Source: Oceanidesulfovibrio marinus (lineage in GTDB: Bacteria > Desulfobacterota > Desulfovibrionia > Desulfovibrionales > Desulfovibrionaceae). Taken from it: a stretch of DNA of 64,000 bases. Both the position numbers and the translations under genes were made by a program. The number at the start of each line of letters is the position of its first letter. Position 1 is the first letter of the stretch. The stretch covers positions 2,633,322 through 2,697,321 of the forward strand of contig NZ_CP039543.1 in NCBI RefSeq assembly GCF_013085545.1, given 5' to 3'. Positions 52,116 through 61,569 of the stretch are shown one piece after another. Below the pieces are notes generated by a model. The model saw nothing but the letters and a program-made list of their open reading frames with translations. It ran no database searches and was not told the DNA's origin.

Positions 52116-54203
52116 TTACTTTTTGATGAACCACTGGAACCCGCGGTAGGGGTAGGTCCAGTAGTAGTCGTAGCTCTTGGCTTTGAACGGGTGGAAGTTG
52201 CCCAGCGAGTTGCTGTGCATGACCGGACCCTTGGTGTTGCCCACCGTGCCGATCTTCCAGAGGTTCTTGACGTGGATGTCCACGATCTCCTTGCCGATGG
52301 CGTCGGACCCGGGCGTGCCGATGGGCTGCTGCAGGAACTTGTCGGTCAGTTCGTAGAGCTCCATCACGTCGGCCGGGGGCTCGATGCCGTCCTTGCCGTC
52401 GGAGGTCTTCCAGGCGGCCCAGCCAAAGCCGGTGCCGGGGTTGAAGTAGTCGCCGAAGGGCGGGATCATGGCGGTGACGTCCTGGGAGATGGCCGGCGCG
52501 GCCGAGCCGTCGTTCTTCCAGGTGGTCAGATCGAGGTCATTGTTGTTGGCCGCGGCGCGATACTCGTCGGAGGTGACCTCCTTGAGATCGATGCGCACGC
52601 CCACCTTGCCCCAGTAGTCGCGCACCAGCTCGTGGATCTTCACCGGGGCGCCCTGGTTGGAGTAGATCAGGCGGACGACCAGGGGCTTGCCGTCAAAGCG
52701 CTCCAGAATGCCGTCGCCGTCGGAGTCCTTGAGGCCCATGCCTGCCAGCAGCTCCTTGGCGGCGGCCGGGTCGTACTCGATGAAGGCGTTCTTGTTCTCG
52801 TCAGAGACGAAGTTCACGGTCTCGGGCTCCGCCGGGGTGGCCTGCATGGGCACGCCCTGGCCGAAGAAGACCAACTCGTTGATCTCGTCGCGGTTGATGG
52901 CCACGGACATGGCTTGGCGGAAACGGAGGTCGTTGAATATCTTGCGCAGCTCCTCGTCCTTGTCCGTGGTGTTGAAGGCATAGAAGATGTTCTCGCCCAG
53001 GGTGGGGGCCAGATCGATGGCGTAGTCGCCCTTGGACTCGTTGTCCTTGAGCAGCGGGTAATCCTCGATGAAGATGGCCTGCTCCTTGAAAGTCACCTCG
53101 CCGTTGGTGATCTTCAGGTTCTGGACCTCCTTGTCCTTCACGTACTGCTCGTCGATGACGTTGATGTAGGGAAGCTGGTTGCCGGCCGTATCCACCATGT
53201 GGAAGTACGGGTTGGCCACGCAGCGGCGGCCGGTGGCGGTGTCCGCAACCACGATGAAGGCCTCCAGGGTGGGCACCACCTGGGTGTCGAAGCCGGAGAG
53301 CAGCGGGGTGGGCACGTCCTTCCAGTCGGAGCCGGAGTAGTACTTGGAGAGCAGTTCGGCCGCGTCCTTCAGGCCCTTCTCCTTGGCCAGCGTGTCCGCG
53401 TCCGGATTGTACTTGGGCATGAACTGCTTAAGGAAATGCTTGGGCTGGAAGGGCTGGCCGAAGTCCACGGCGAAGCGGTTGAGAATGCCGGGGCTGGGAA
53501 CCGGGAAGCTCATCACCACGGTGGTCTCGTCCGTGGCCTCCACCTTCATGGGCTTGCCGTCAAAGAGCCAGCGGTCCGGAGTCTTCTCATAGACGTCGGG
53601 GTTAAGGATCAAATCGTTGTACCAGAAGGCCACGTCCTCGGCCGTGAAGGGCTCGCCGTCAGACCACTTGTGGCCCTTGCGTAGCGTGAAGGTGAGCACG
53701 GTGTAGTCGTCGTTCCAGCTCCACGACTTGGCCACGTTGGGCACCACGGTCTTCAGGTCGTCGGCGTAGCGCACCAGGTTGACATGGCGGATGGACAGAA
53801 GGTCCGAGGTGCCGGACTCCGTGCCCTTGGACAGGCCGTGCAGCACGCCGCCGTAAGTGCCGATGGCCTCGTACGGGGCGATGACCAGGGGCTCCTGGGG
53901 CAGGCGCTCGGCCACGGGGGGAAGATCGGGGTTGCCGATGATCTCGGCATTCAACTTGGCGATTTCCGGGTTTTCGGCATAGGCCATCTCGCAGCCGCCC
54001 TGCGTGAACTCGGAGAGCTCATACTGCTCCGGGAACTCGCCGGTGATGCCCATGTCGTCGGCCACGGTTGCAGCCGGGCAGGTCTTTGCCGCATGGGCGG
54101 TGGACACATTCGCCCCGAACATCAGGACGGACGCGAACGCCGCGCAGATCGCGACGGCCGAAAGCGCACGACGGCGCACGGTTCCAGAAAGATTCAACAT
54201 CAT
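52116..54203 (-). CDS. Family-5 (Opp/Dpp/Nik-type) ABC substrate-binding protein, unusually large
   Basis: Start ATG about 54203 (MMLNLSGTVRRRALSAVAICAAFASVLMFGANVSTAHA signal peptide). About 695 aa with an SBP_bac_5 architecture, longer than typical family-5 binders. Confidence 0.8.
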   Translation of the reverse strand: MMLNLSGTVRRRALSAVAICAAFASVLMFGANVSTAHAAKTCPAATVADDMGITGEFPEQYELSEFTQGGCEMAYAENPEIAKLNAEIIGNPDLPPVAERLPQEPLVIAPYEAIGTYGGVLHGLSKGTESGTSDLLSIRHVNLVRYADDLKTVVPNVAKSWSWNDDYTVLTFTLRKGHKWSDGEPFTAEDVAFWYNDLILNPDVYEKTPDRWLFDGKPMKVEATDETTVVMSFPVPSPGILNRFAVDFGQPFQPKHFLKQFMPKYNPDADTLAKEKGLKDAAELLSKYYSGSDWKDVPTPLLSGFDTQVVPTLEAFIVVADTATGRRCVANPYFHMVDTAGNQLPYINVIDEQYVKDKEVQNLKITNGEVTFKEQAIFIEDYPLLKDNESKGDYAIDLAPTLGENIFYAFNTTDKDEELRKIFNDLRFRQAMSVAINRDEINELVFFGQGVPMQATPAEPETVNFVSDENKNAFIEYDPAAAKELLAGMGLKDSDGDGILERFDGKPLVVRLIYSNQGAPVKIHELVRDYWGKVGVRIDLKEVTSDEYRAAANNNDLDLTTWKNDGSAAPAISQDVTAMIPPFGDYFNPGTGFGWAAWKTSDGKDGIEPPADVMELYELTDKFLQQPIGTPGSDAIGKEIVDIHVKNLWKIGTVGNTKGPVMHSNSLGNFHPFKAKSYDYYWTYPYRGFQWFIKK

Positions 54204-54416
54204 CCACTCCTTGCGATTGAGTTCTCCACCATGGAACGGCGCCGGCTGCCAGACGCGCCGGGCAGATACCAAAGCCTGCCGGCGCCGGAGACACCGCGGC
54301 GCAAATCCCGATTCGATCGCCTATGGTGCTAGCTCAAGGAGTGTGTCGCTTTCTTGTCCCGAACATGACGTTTTCAAAGGTCCGCTTGACGAAAGTTGCG
54401 CCAACCAAATCTCGGA

Positions 54417-55310
54417 TTATGATTCGTCGCTTTTGTCTTCATCCGCAGAGCTGGAGAACGCCAGATCCAGAAAGGCGCGTACGGTGCGCGCGTCCTTCAT
54501 ATCCTCGTGTACGATCATGTACTGCGTGGCCTGCATGGGCGCGCCGCTGAGTCGCACCGCGGCCACGCTGCCCTCGTCGCGCACCTCGTCCCGCAGAGAA
54601 ATACCCAGTCCGATGCCCGAGACCACGGCGGCCATGTACGACTCCCAGGTGTCCAGCTCCAGCGTGTTCACGGGCGCGATCTTCCGGGCGGCCAGCTCGC
54701 GCTGGAAGATGGTCCGGGTGTAGCTGCTCTCGCGGAAGACCATGCGCTGGCCATGGAGCTCGGAGACGTCCACGCTTTCCCGCTTGGCCCAGGGGTGCCA
54801 CGGCGCCACGCAGAGCACGATGTCCTGCACGCCGTAGCGGTAGTTCACATAGTCGGGATGGGGCGCGTCCAGAGTCACGGTGACGAGGTCGAACAGCCCC
54901 TCGCTCATGCCTTCCAGCAGGGTGTAGGTGTCCTGCATTTTGGCCACGACCTTGACGTACGGGTAGGTCAGCATGAAGCGGGAGAGCAGGTCCGTAACGA
55001 GGTTGTGGCAGGAGAGGCCCACCCGGAAGTGGCCGCCCATGAGCCCGCCGGCAGAGGTGAGGGAGAGGTCTATGTCGTTGAGCAGGGCCAGCGCTCGCCG
55101 CGCCTTCTCCACCACGGCCTCGCCCAGTGGCGTGAGCCGGACCCGCTTGCCGATGCGCCGGACAAGCTTGACGTCGAACTCCTGCTCCAGGCGCTTGATC
55201 TGCGCCGAGACGGCGGGTTGGCTGACGCCCAGGGCCTTGGCGGCCGCGGCGTAGCTTTCTTGCTGGGAAATGGCGTTGAGCGTGGCGAGCTGGGAGATGG
55301 AGACGCGCAT
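54417..55310 (-). CDS. LysR-family transcriptional regulator
   Basis: 297 aa. N-terminal HTH (ISQLATLNAISQQESYAAAAKALGVSQPAVSAQIKRLE) plus LysR substrate-binding domain. Upstream of and co-directional with the Opp-phn genes; divergent from the AP-superfamily gene. Confidence 0.85.
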   Translation of the reverse strand: MRVSISQLATLNAISQQESYAAAAKALGVSQPAVSAQIKRLEQEFDVKLVRRIGKRVRLTPLGEAVVEKARRALALLNDIDLSLTSAGGLMGGHFRVGLSCHNLVTDLLSRFMLTYPYVKVVAKMQDTYTLLEGMSEGLFDLVTVTLDAPHPDYVNYRYGVQDIVLCVAPWHPWAKRESVDVSELHGQRMVFRESSYTRTIFQRELAARKIAPVNTLELDTWESYMAAVVSGIGLGISLRDEVRDEGSVAAVRLSGAPMQATQYMIVHEDMKDARTVRAFLDLAFSSSADEDKSDES

Positions 55311-55438
55311 CTACCCAGCATAGCCGCACATTTGTGACGATTCCGTGAAGCCCGAAACGCCGACGCGTCATCGCATCGTAACCGTCGCGCCCTACGGTGC
55401 GTGCTCATACGCGAACGCTGGCACACGGGAGAGCATGC

Positions 55439-56248
55439 ATGGCGGACACACTCATTCTGGTACTCATCGACGGCCTGGGCCTGCAAAGCGCCTGCGAGGC
55501 CATGGGCTACATGAACGCCCTATGCGAGGCGCGGCTCGCCAGGCTACACCCTGTGCGCAGCGAGCTGCCGTCCCTGTCCCGGCCGCTGTACGAGTGCATC
55601 CTCACAGGCGTGCAGCCCGTGCACAGCGGTATTGTGGACAACGCTGTGGTCCGGCTCTCTACGCAGCAGAGCGTGTTCCACCTTGCCGCGAACGCCGGCC
55701 TGCGCACGGCCGCGGCGGCCTACTACTTCATCAGCGAGCTGTACAACGAAAGCCCGTACAACGCCGTGCGCCACCGCTTCCAGGACGATGCGGGCAAGCC
55801 CATCCAGCACAGCTGCTTCTATGACAACGACAGCTACCCCGACGACCACCTGCTGCTGGACGCCGAGTACCTCCGCCGCCGGCACGATCCGCACTTCCTG
55901 CTGATTCATCCCATGAACGTGGACGACGCCGGCCACCGCGAGGGCGGGCACTCCCCCCACTACCGCAACACGGTGCGGCGGCTGGACTCCCTGCTCTCGC
56001 TCTATATGCCGGCGTGGCTGGAACAGGGATATCAGGTGATGGTGACGAGCGACCACGGCGTGAACGGCGACTGCACCCACGGTGGGACCCTGCCACAGGA
56101 GCGCGACGTTCCGCTGTTCGTGGCCGGGGACAGGTTCAACCTCGACTGCATGGAATCGCCGGACCAGACCATGCTCTGCGGTCTTGCCTGCGACATCCTG
56201 GGCATCGAAGGCCACGGCAAGCCCACCCTGCCCGGCTTCTTGCGCTGA
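55439..56248 (+). CDS. Alkaline-phosphatase-superfamily metalloenzyme (type I phosphodiesterase/nucleotide pyrophosphatase-like)
   Basis: Start re-assigned to ATG 55439 (MADTLILVLIDGLG, the metal-ligand Asp motif of AP/NPP enzymes). Also DDAGH and SDHG motifs. 269 aa, compact for the family. Confidence 0.6.
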   Translation: MADTLILVLIDGLGLQSACEAMGYMNALCEARLARLHPVRSELPSLSRPLYECILTGVQPVHSGIVDNAVVRLSTQQSVFHLAANAGLRTAAAAYYFISELYNESPYNAVRHRFQDDAGKPIQHSCFYDNDSYPDDHLLLDAEYLRRRHDPHFLLIHPMNVDDAGHREGGHSPHYRNTVRRLDSLLSLYMPAWLEQGYQVMVTSDHGVNGDCTHGGTLPQERDVPLFVAGDRFNLDCMESPDQTMLCGLACDILGIEGHGKPTLPGFLR

Positions 56249-56404
56249 TTGTCGCGCCAGCCTCTGGGCGGTTGCCTGCCCGCTTCCCGGCGGATAGCCC
56301 CCGGCCTCTTTTATGTAGATTGCGCGGACTCCGCGCCGATTCCTGCGAAGATTGCCTGCGCGGACACCGGCGGCCATGACGCCGCCGGCATCCGCCGCAA
56401 GCAT

Positions 56405-57154
56405 TTACTGCGTCTGATAGGCCAGGGCCACTTCCTCGCGGATGGTCTCGCCCAGGCTCCTGCCGGACTGCGCCACAGCCTCGGCCGAGTGGATGCCCAC
56501 CACGTTGCCGTCGCGATAGACCACCACGGCCTCGGCGAATGATTCGACCTCGTCCGAGTCGTGGGTGACCATGATCATGGGGATGTCGAAGTTCTCCAGA
56601 ATTTTGGCCAGCTCCGTGCGCATGCGCAGGCGCAATGGCTGGTCCAAGGCGCTGAATGGCTCGTCCAGCAGCAGGATGCGCGGCTTGGTGGCCAAAGTGC
56701 GCGCCAGGGCCGTGCGTTGCTGCTGCCCGCCCGAGATGAAGCCCGGCTTGAGATGCGCCACCCGGCTCAGCCCGAAGAGCTCGATCAGCTCATCCACGCT
56801 GCGGGCCTCCTCGCGGTTCACCTTGCCGAAAAAGGGCTTCAGCCCGAAGGCCACGTTCTCCCGCACCGTGTGATGCGGGAAAAGGGCGTAATCCTGAAAC
56901 ACATACCCCACCCGGCGCCGGCGCGTGGGCGTGTTCACCCCTGCCGAGGAGTCGTAGAGGACATCCCCGTTGACTCGGATATAGCCCTCGTCCGGCGTGA
57001 GCAGACCGGCCACGGCCTTCAGCGTCAGCGTCTTGCCGGAGCCGGACGGCCCGAACAGCACCAGGGCGCGGTCCGTGGTGGTAAAATGCGAGCGGAGGAC
57101 GAACTCGTCGCCTCCGCTCCGCATATGCTTGGTGATATCAAGCTCGAATTGCAT
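56405..57154 (-). CDS. modC: Molybdate/tungstate-type ABC transporter ATP-binding protein
   Basis: 249 aa. Walker A GPSGSGKT, signature ISGGQQQRT, Walker B LLLDEPFSALD. No C-terminal TOBE domain. Confidence 0.8.
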   Translation of the reverse strand: MQFELDITKHMRSGGDEFVLRSHFTTTDRALVLFGPSGSGKTLTLKAVAGLLTPDEGYIRVNGDVLYDSSAGVNTPTRRRRVGYVFQDYALFPHHTVRENVAFGLKPFFGKVNREEARSVDELIELFGLSRVAHLKPGFISGGQQQRTALARTLATKPRILLLDEPFSALDQPLRLRMRTELAKILENFDIPMIMVTHDSDEVESFAEAVVVYRDGNVVGIHSAEAVAQSGRSLGETIREEVALAYQTQ

Positions 57155-57175
57155 GATTACGGCTCGCCGTATTCC

Positions 57176-57940
57176 TTACGGCCGCTTGAAGCCCCGGGCT
57201 TCCAGCAGGGTCATGCCCTCTTCGCTCTGCACGTAGTCCACAAAGGCCTGGGCCATCTTGGAGTTGGTGCTGTTCTTGAGCACGGCGATGGGGTAGGAGA
57301 CGGGCTTTTCCAGCGGAATCTCAGCCACGATGGCCACGGCGTCGCCGGCCTTCACGGCGTCGGTCTTGTACACGAAACCGCAGTCCACCTCGCCGCGGGA
57401 GAGGTAGTCCAGCACCTGGCGCACGGACTCGCCGAAGATCATCTTGGGCTCCAGGGTGGTGTACAGCTTCTGCGCGGTAAGGGCGCTCTTGGCGTACTGG
57501 CCGGCGGGAACGGTCTCAGGCGTGCCGATGCCTATGCTCTTCACGGCGTCGCCCTTCAGGTCGTCCAGGGATTTCACACCAGCCGGGTTGTCGGCCGGCA
57601 CGGCAAGCACCAGGGCGTTCTGGGCAAAGGTCACCACGTTGGCCTTGTCCACAAAGCCATTGTCCACTGCCTTCTGCATCCACTTCGGGTTGGCCGAGGC
57701 AAAGACGTCGGCCGGGGCGCCCTGCTCGATCTGGCGGTACAGCGCGCCGGAAGCAGCGAAGTTCATGACCACGTCCACACCGGGGTTGGCCTTCTCGAAT
57801 CCCGGCTCGATGTCGGTGAAGGCGTCGGTCAGGCTGGCCGCGGCCGAGACGATGAGCTCTTCGGCGTGGGCGGAAAGAGGCGCGAGGACGAGCACCATAC
57901 AAGCGCACGACAGGATCAGGGAATTGAGTACACGTTTCAT
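57176..57940 (-). CDS. modA: Molybdate ABC transporter substrate-binding protein
   Basis: Start re-assigned to ATG 57940 (MKRVLNSLILSCACMVLVLAPLSAHA signal peptide). Collinear similarity with ModA (LIVSAAASLTDAF...PADVFASA...VPAGQYAK). Confidence 0.8.
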   Translation of the reverse strand: MKRVLNSLILSCACMVLVLAPLSAHAEELIVSAAASLTDAFTDIEPGFEKANPGVDVVMNFAASGALYRQIEQGAPADVFASANPKWMQKAVDNGFVDKANVVTFAQNALVLAVPADNPAGVKSLDDLKGDAVKSIGIGTPETVPAGQYAKSALTAQKLYTTLEPKMIFGESVRQVLDYLSRGEVDCGFVYKTDAVKAGDAVAIVAEIPLEKPVSYPIAVLKNSTNSKMAQAFVDYVQSEEGMTLLEARGFKRP

Positions 57941-57957
57941 GACGGCTCCTTTCGGGT

Positions 57958-58644
57958 CTAGAATTTCGGTTGCAGCAGACGGCTTGTTGTCACGAGAATG
58001 AACACGCAGACACAGCTGATGATGAGCACCAGCGAGTTGGCCAGGGCGTCGTCCCCGGCCTGCACGGCGGAGTACACGGCAAGGGACAGGGTCTGGGTCC
58101 GGCCGGGCAGGTTGCCCGCCACCATGAGGGTGGCGCCGAACTCGCCCAGAGCCCTGGCAAAAGCGAGCATGGTGCCGGCTACAACGCCGCGGAAGGCCAA
58201 CGGCAGCGACACCCGCAAAAACACGGCGGCTTCGCCCAGGCCCAGGGTCCGGGCCGCGTCCTCGTACTGCTTGCCCACGCCCTCCAGAGCGGCGCGCGCA
58301 GACTTGAACACCAGCGGGAAGGCCACCACCGTGGCGGCGATCACCGCTCCCTGCCAGGTGAACATGAGGGTGATGCCGAAGACCTCCTGGAGCCATTTGC
58401 CCAGAAAGCCCCGCCGGCCGATGATCACCAGAAGGTAGTAGCCGAGCACCGTGGGCGGCATGACCAGCGGCAACGTGCACACGGCGTCCACGAAGTCGCG
58501 CAGGGCAAATCGCCAGCGAGTGAGCACGTAGGCCATGGCCACGCCGATCACCGTGGCCGCGGCTGTGGCCAGGCCGGCCACCTTGAGCGTGAGCAGCAGT
58601 GGCTGGAGGAACTCCGGTCCGACTTTAAACCATGAGAAATCCAT
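57958..58644 (-). CDS. modB: Molybdate ABC transporter permease
   Basis: Start ATG 58644 (AGGGGG SD; MDFSWFK). 5-6 TM, CysT/ModB-type EAA loop (EDAARTLG). Confidence 0.8.
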   Translation of the reverse strand: MDFSWFKVGPEFLQPLLLTLKVAGLATAAATVIGVAMAYVLTRWRFALRDFVDAVCTLPLVMPPTVLGYYLLVIIGRRGFLGKWLQEVFGITLMFTWQGAVIAATVVAFPLVFKSARAALEGVGKQYEDAARTLGLGEAAVFLRVSLPLAFRGVVAGTMLAFARALGEFGATLMVAGNLPGRTQTLSLAVYSAVQAGDDALANSLVLIISCVCVFILVTTSRLLQPKF

Positions 58645-58711
58645 TACCGGCCCCCTGTCACGCACAGCTCAAATCGCATGCCAACCCCCTGTACGACCTT
58701 GAAAGACATAA

Positions 58712-59875
58712 TCAGCTCACGATGACGGACATGGCCTTGAACATGAAAACGAACTTGTCGCCCTGACCAATGCCCAGCTTGTCGAAGCTGCCTGCGGTGA
58801 CAAGGGCGCAGACCGGCGTGCCGTCATCCAGCGTGCCGGTCACCTCGGCCACCACGTCGTCGCTCTTCACGCCCGTGATGGTGCCGGGGAAGGCATTGCG
58901 GGCGCTGGTGGGCGAGGGGGCCTCGCTCTTCTCCAGAATCACCCAGCTGGCCTTGACCAGCGCGGTGGCGCGGGAGCCTTCCACCAGGCCGAGCTTCTCC
59001 CGGCTCGGGTTGGTGATGATGGCGACCACCTCGTAGCCCGAGTCGGTCTTCAGCGTGACCTCGCACATGACCTCGTTGGCGGCGACCTTGATCACGTCGC
59101 CGTGGAATGTATTTCTGGCGCTCGTCCCCATGCCGAACTCCTTGATGCAGTGGTGATGGATGATGTTCCGCAGGTCGTCGTCGGCCAGCTTCACGTAGGA
59201 GGCGGTGATGTCGGCCTTGCCATGGCCCAGCAGCGCCTGGACGGCGCGCATGGGCATGCCGCCCTGCAGCAGCTCGATGGCGCGGGAGTTGCGCAGCACG
59301 CGGGGGCTCAAAAGCTCCTTGGGCAGACCGCTCCGCTTTTCCTGATCGTGGAACTTGCGCCGCAGAAAGCCCTGGTCGAGCTCGAAAAGCTTCTCTCCCG
59401 ATGTGTGCTCATGCTCGCCGGACAGGCCGTACTTGGCGCAGTACTCCCGGATGCGGCCAATGACCTCCACGGGCAGCGGCACCTCACGCGTCTTGCCGTC
59501 TTCGGCTATGGTGACGGTGTTGTGCAGAAAATCGAAGTGCTCGCGCTCGTCCAGGGCCAGGATCTCGCCCGGCTTGGCCCCTGTGTAGCGCAGCAGCAGG
59601 TAGACGATGAAGACGCGTTCGCGGGAGCGCCGCGCACGGGAGTCCCGCGACGCCTCCACCCAGGCCTCGAAGGCCTGCGTCAGCTTCTCCATCTGGTGCC
59701 GGTCCAGCCACGGCACGCCCTCAGCCACGGTAAAGAGTCGGCAAGCCTGCCGCTCCAGGGGCGGATCTCGCTGAATGGAGTCGCCGTATTCCGAAAGCGC
59801 GTTGTTGATCCGGTTCCGTAGCTCTATGAGTTCAGTGTGAGAAAGAGTATCCAGGGTTTGCATTTGGGCTTGCAT
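58712..59875 (-). CDS. TunR-like regulator: tyrosine-recombinase-fold DNA-binding domain fused to two TOBE (Mop) molybdate/tungstate-binding domains
   Basis: Start re-assigned to ATG 59875 (AAGGA SD; MQAQMQTL). N-terminal phage-integrase-like domain; C-terminal tandem TOBE repeats (..NTFHGDVIKV.. and ..NAFPGTITGV..). Placed directly upstream of modBAC. Confidence 0.7.
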   Translation of the reverse strand: MQAQMQTLDTLSHTELIELRNRINNALSEYGDSIQRDPPLERQACRLFTVAEGVPWLDRHQMEKLTQAFEAWVEASRDSRARRSRERVFIVYLLLRYTGAKPGEILALDEREHFDFLHNTVTIAEDGKTREVPLPVEVIGRIREYCAKYGLSGEHEHTSGEKLFELDQGFLRRKFHDQEKRSGLPKELLSPRVLRNSRAIELLQGGMPMRAVQALLGHGKADITASYVKLADDDLRNIIHHHCIKEFGMGTSARNTFHGDVIKVAANEVMCEVTLKTDSGYEVVAIITNPSREKLGLVEGSRATALVKASWVILEKSEAPSPTSARNAFPGTITGVKSDDVVAEVTGTLDDGTPVCALVTAGSFDKLGIGQGDKFVFMFKAMSVIVS

Positions 59876-60264
59876 TGTTATCCGATCCTTTTGGGAAACT
59901 GCCTGGGTTATGGTCCAAGAAGGCCCGCCACGCAAAGAAATTTCGGCAAAGTCACTCTTTGACGAAAAAACGTGACATTCCCCTCAGAAAATGTAGACCT
60001 TTTCGGGCATGAATATTCTTTTCCGTAACATTTCCATGGCGTCAACCACGGCTCACACGATCCCGACTGACAGAGCGACACCACCCTGACTCGTTGTACA
60101 TACGCCTCCATAATTGTACACAGGGCTCGCAAAACTGAAGGCCCATCCACATCGCACTTTTTCCTGTTTTTAGCATAACGCACCGATATACCTACGCCTT
60201 CCAGAATCGGCAGGATTTATGAATTAGAGCCTCCATATCTGGATTGCAACAAGGAGTCCGAACC

Positions 60265-60771
60265 ATGACCATCTCGTACCGCCCCATCGGCTACTTCAGG
60301 ACGCCGCACACGGACATCGCCGGCATGCCCATCCAGCCCACCGGCGCCTCCGGCGTCCACGGCTGCGTCGAAGTACTGCCCGAGTTCCGCGGCGGCCTGC
60401 TGGATCTCGAAGGGTTCTCCCACGTCATCATGCTCTACCACTTGCATGAAATCCGCGGGCACGACCTCGTGGTCACTCCCTTCCTGGATACCGACTCCCA
60501 CGGCATCTTCGCCACGCGTTCGCCCAAGCGGCCCAACCCCATCGGCTTCTCCGTGATGCGCCTCAACGGCGTGCACGGCGGCACCGTGCTGCTGGAGAAC
60601 GTGGACGTGCTCGACGGAACGCCCGTCATCGATATCAAGCCGTACGTCCCGCACTTCGACATCTGGCAGGCAGACCGCATCGGCTGGTTCGAAGGCAAGT
60701 CGAACAACGCCACGCACCACCGCAGCGACGCTCGCTTCGCCGCCGATGCGGAAGCCACTGTGGAAGACTGA
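60265..60771 (+). CDS. trmO: tRNA (t6A37-N6)-methyltransferase TrmO/TsaA family
   Basis: Start ATG 60265 (AAGGAG SD). YaeB/TsaA-like fold motifs (IGYFRTP, PNPIGFSVMRL, GTPVIDIKPY). Confidence 0.8.
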   Translation: MTISYRPIGYFRTPHTDIAGMPIQPTGASGVHGCVEVLPEFRGGLLDLEGFSHVIMLYHLHEIRGHDLVVTPFLDTDSHGIFATRSPKRPNPIGFSVMRLNGVHGGTVLLENVDVLDGTPVIDIKPYVPHFDIWQADRIGWFEGKSNNATHHRSDARFAADAEATVED

Positions 60772-60773
60772 TT

Positions 60774-61502
60774 ATGGCTGACTTCCTCCTCATACACGGC
60801 GCCTTCCAGGGCGGCTGGGTCTGGTCGGAGACGGCCGCGGCCCTGCGCGAGCTCGGCCATGGCGTGCACAGCCCCACTCTCTCCGGCTGCGGCCATCTGC
60901 ACCACAGCATGCGGCGCGGCCTGGATCTGAACACCTACATCCAGGACATGGCCAACTACATCCTGTTCGAGGGGCTCTCGCAAGTGACCATCGTGGCCAG
61001 CAGCTTTGCCGGCATGATCTGCGGCGCGCTGGCCATGCGGACCCCGCACCTGGTGCGCCGGGCCGTGTATCTCGATGCGCTCATCCCGGAGTCCAACCGC
61101 TCCTTTGTGGAGACCGCCGGCGAGAGCTTCCACCACATGTTGGAGGCGCACCGGCTCAAGGGCGGCCGCATCCAGCCGTGGCCTCTGCAGGTGTTCGGGG
61201 TGGACGCGGACAAGGCCGACTGGTTCCGGCCCCGGCTGTGCGATTTTCCCGAGGCCGCCTTCCGCACGCCGTTCCCCGGCGAGTTCGACCCCTTGTCTGT
61301 GGATTCGGTGTACATCGCCTGCCAGCGCACACCCAGCCCGTTCATCCGGGCCATGGCAAGCAAAGCGGAGCGCTACGGCTGGCCCGTGCTGCCCCTGGAC
61401 TCCGGCCATTGCCCCATGGCTTCGTGCCCGCGCAGGCTGGCCTCGCTGCTGGGTGCAACCGCACGCATGGAGTCGCCAGAACCGGCTGGCCTGGCAGCAT
61501 AA
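60774..61502 (+). CDS. Alpha/beta-hydrolase (methylesterase/SABP2-like) paralog 1
   Basis: 242 aa. N-terminal FLLIHGAFQGGWVW, nucleophile elbow variant VASSFAGM. Confidence 0.7.
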   Translation: MADFLLIHGAFQGGWVWSETAAALRELGHGVHSPTLSGCGHLHHSMRRGLDLNTYIQDMANYILFEGLSQVTIVASSFAGMICGALAMRTPHLVRRAVYLDALIPESNRSFVETAGESFHHMLEAHRLKGGRIQPWPLQVFGVDADKADWFRPRLCDFPEAAFRTPFPGEFDPLSVDSVYIACQRTPSPFIRAMASKAERYGWPVLPLDSGHCPMASCPRRLASLLGATARMESPEPAGLAA

Positions 61503-61569
61503 CCGCCGTGCCGGGCGCAGCGCTCCTCACGAGCCCTTTGTCCGACAAACCAAACGGAGCTGTACCGAC

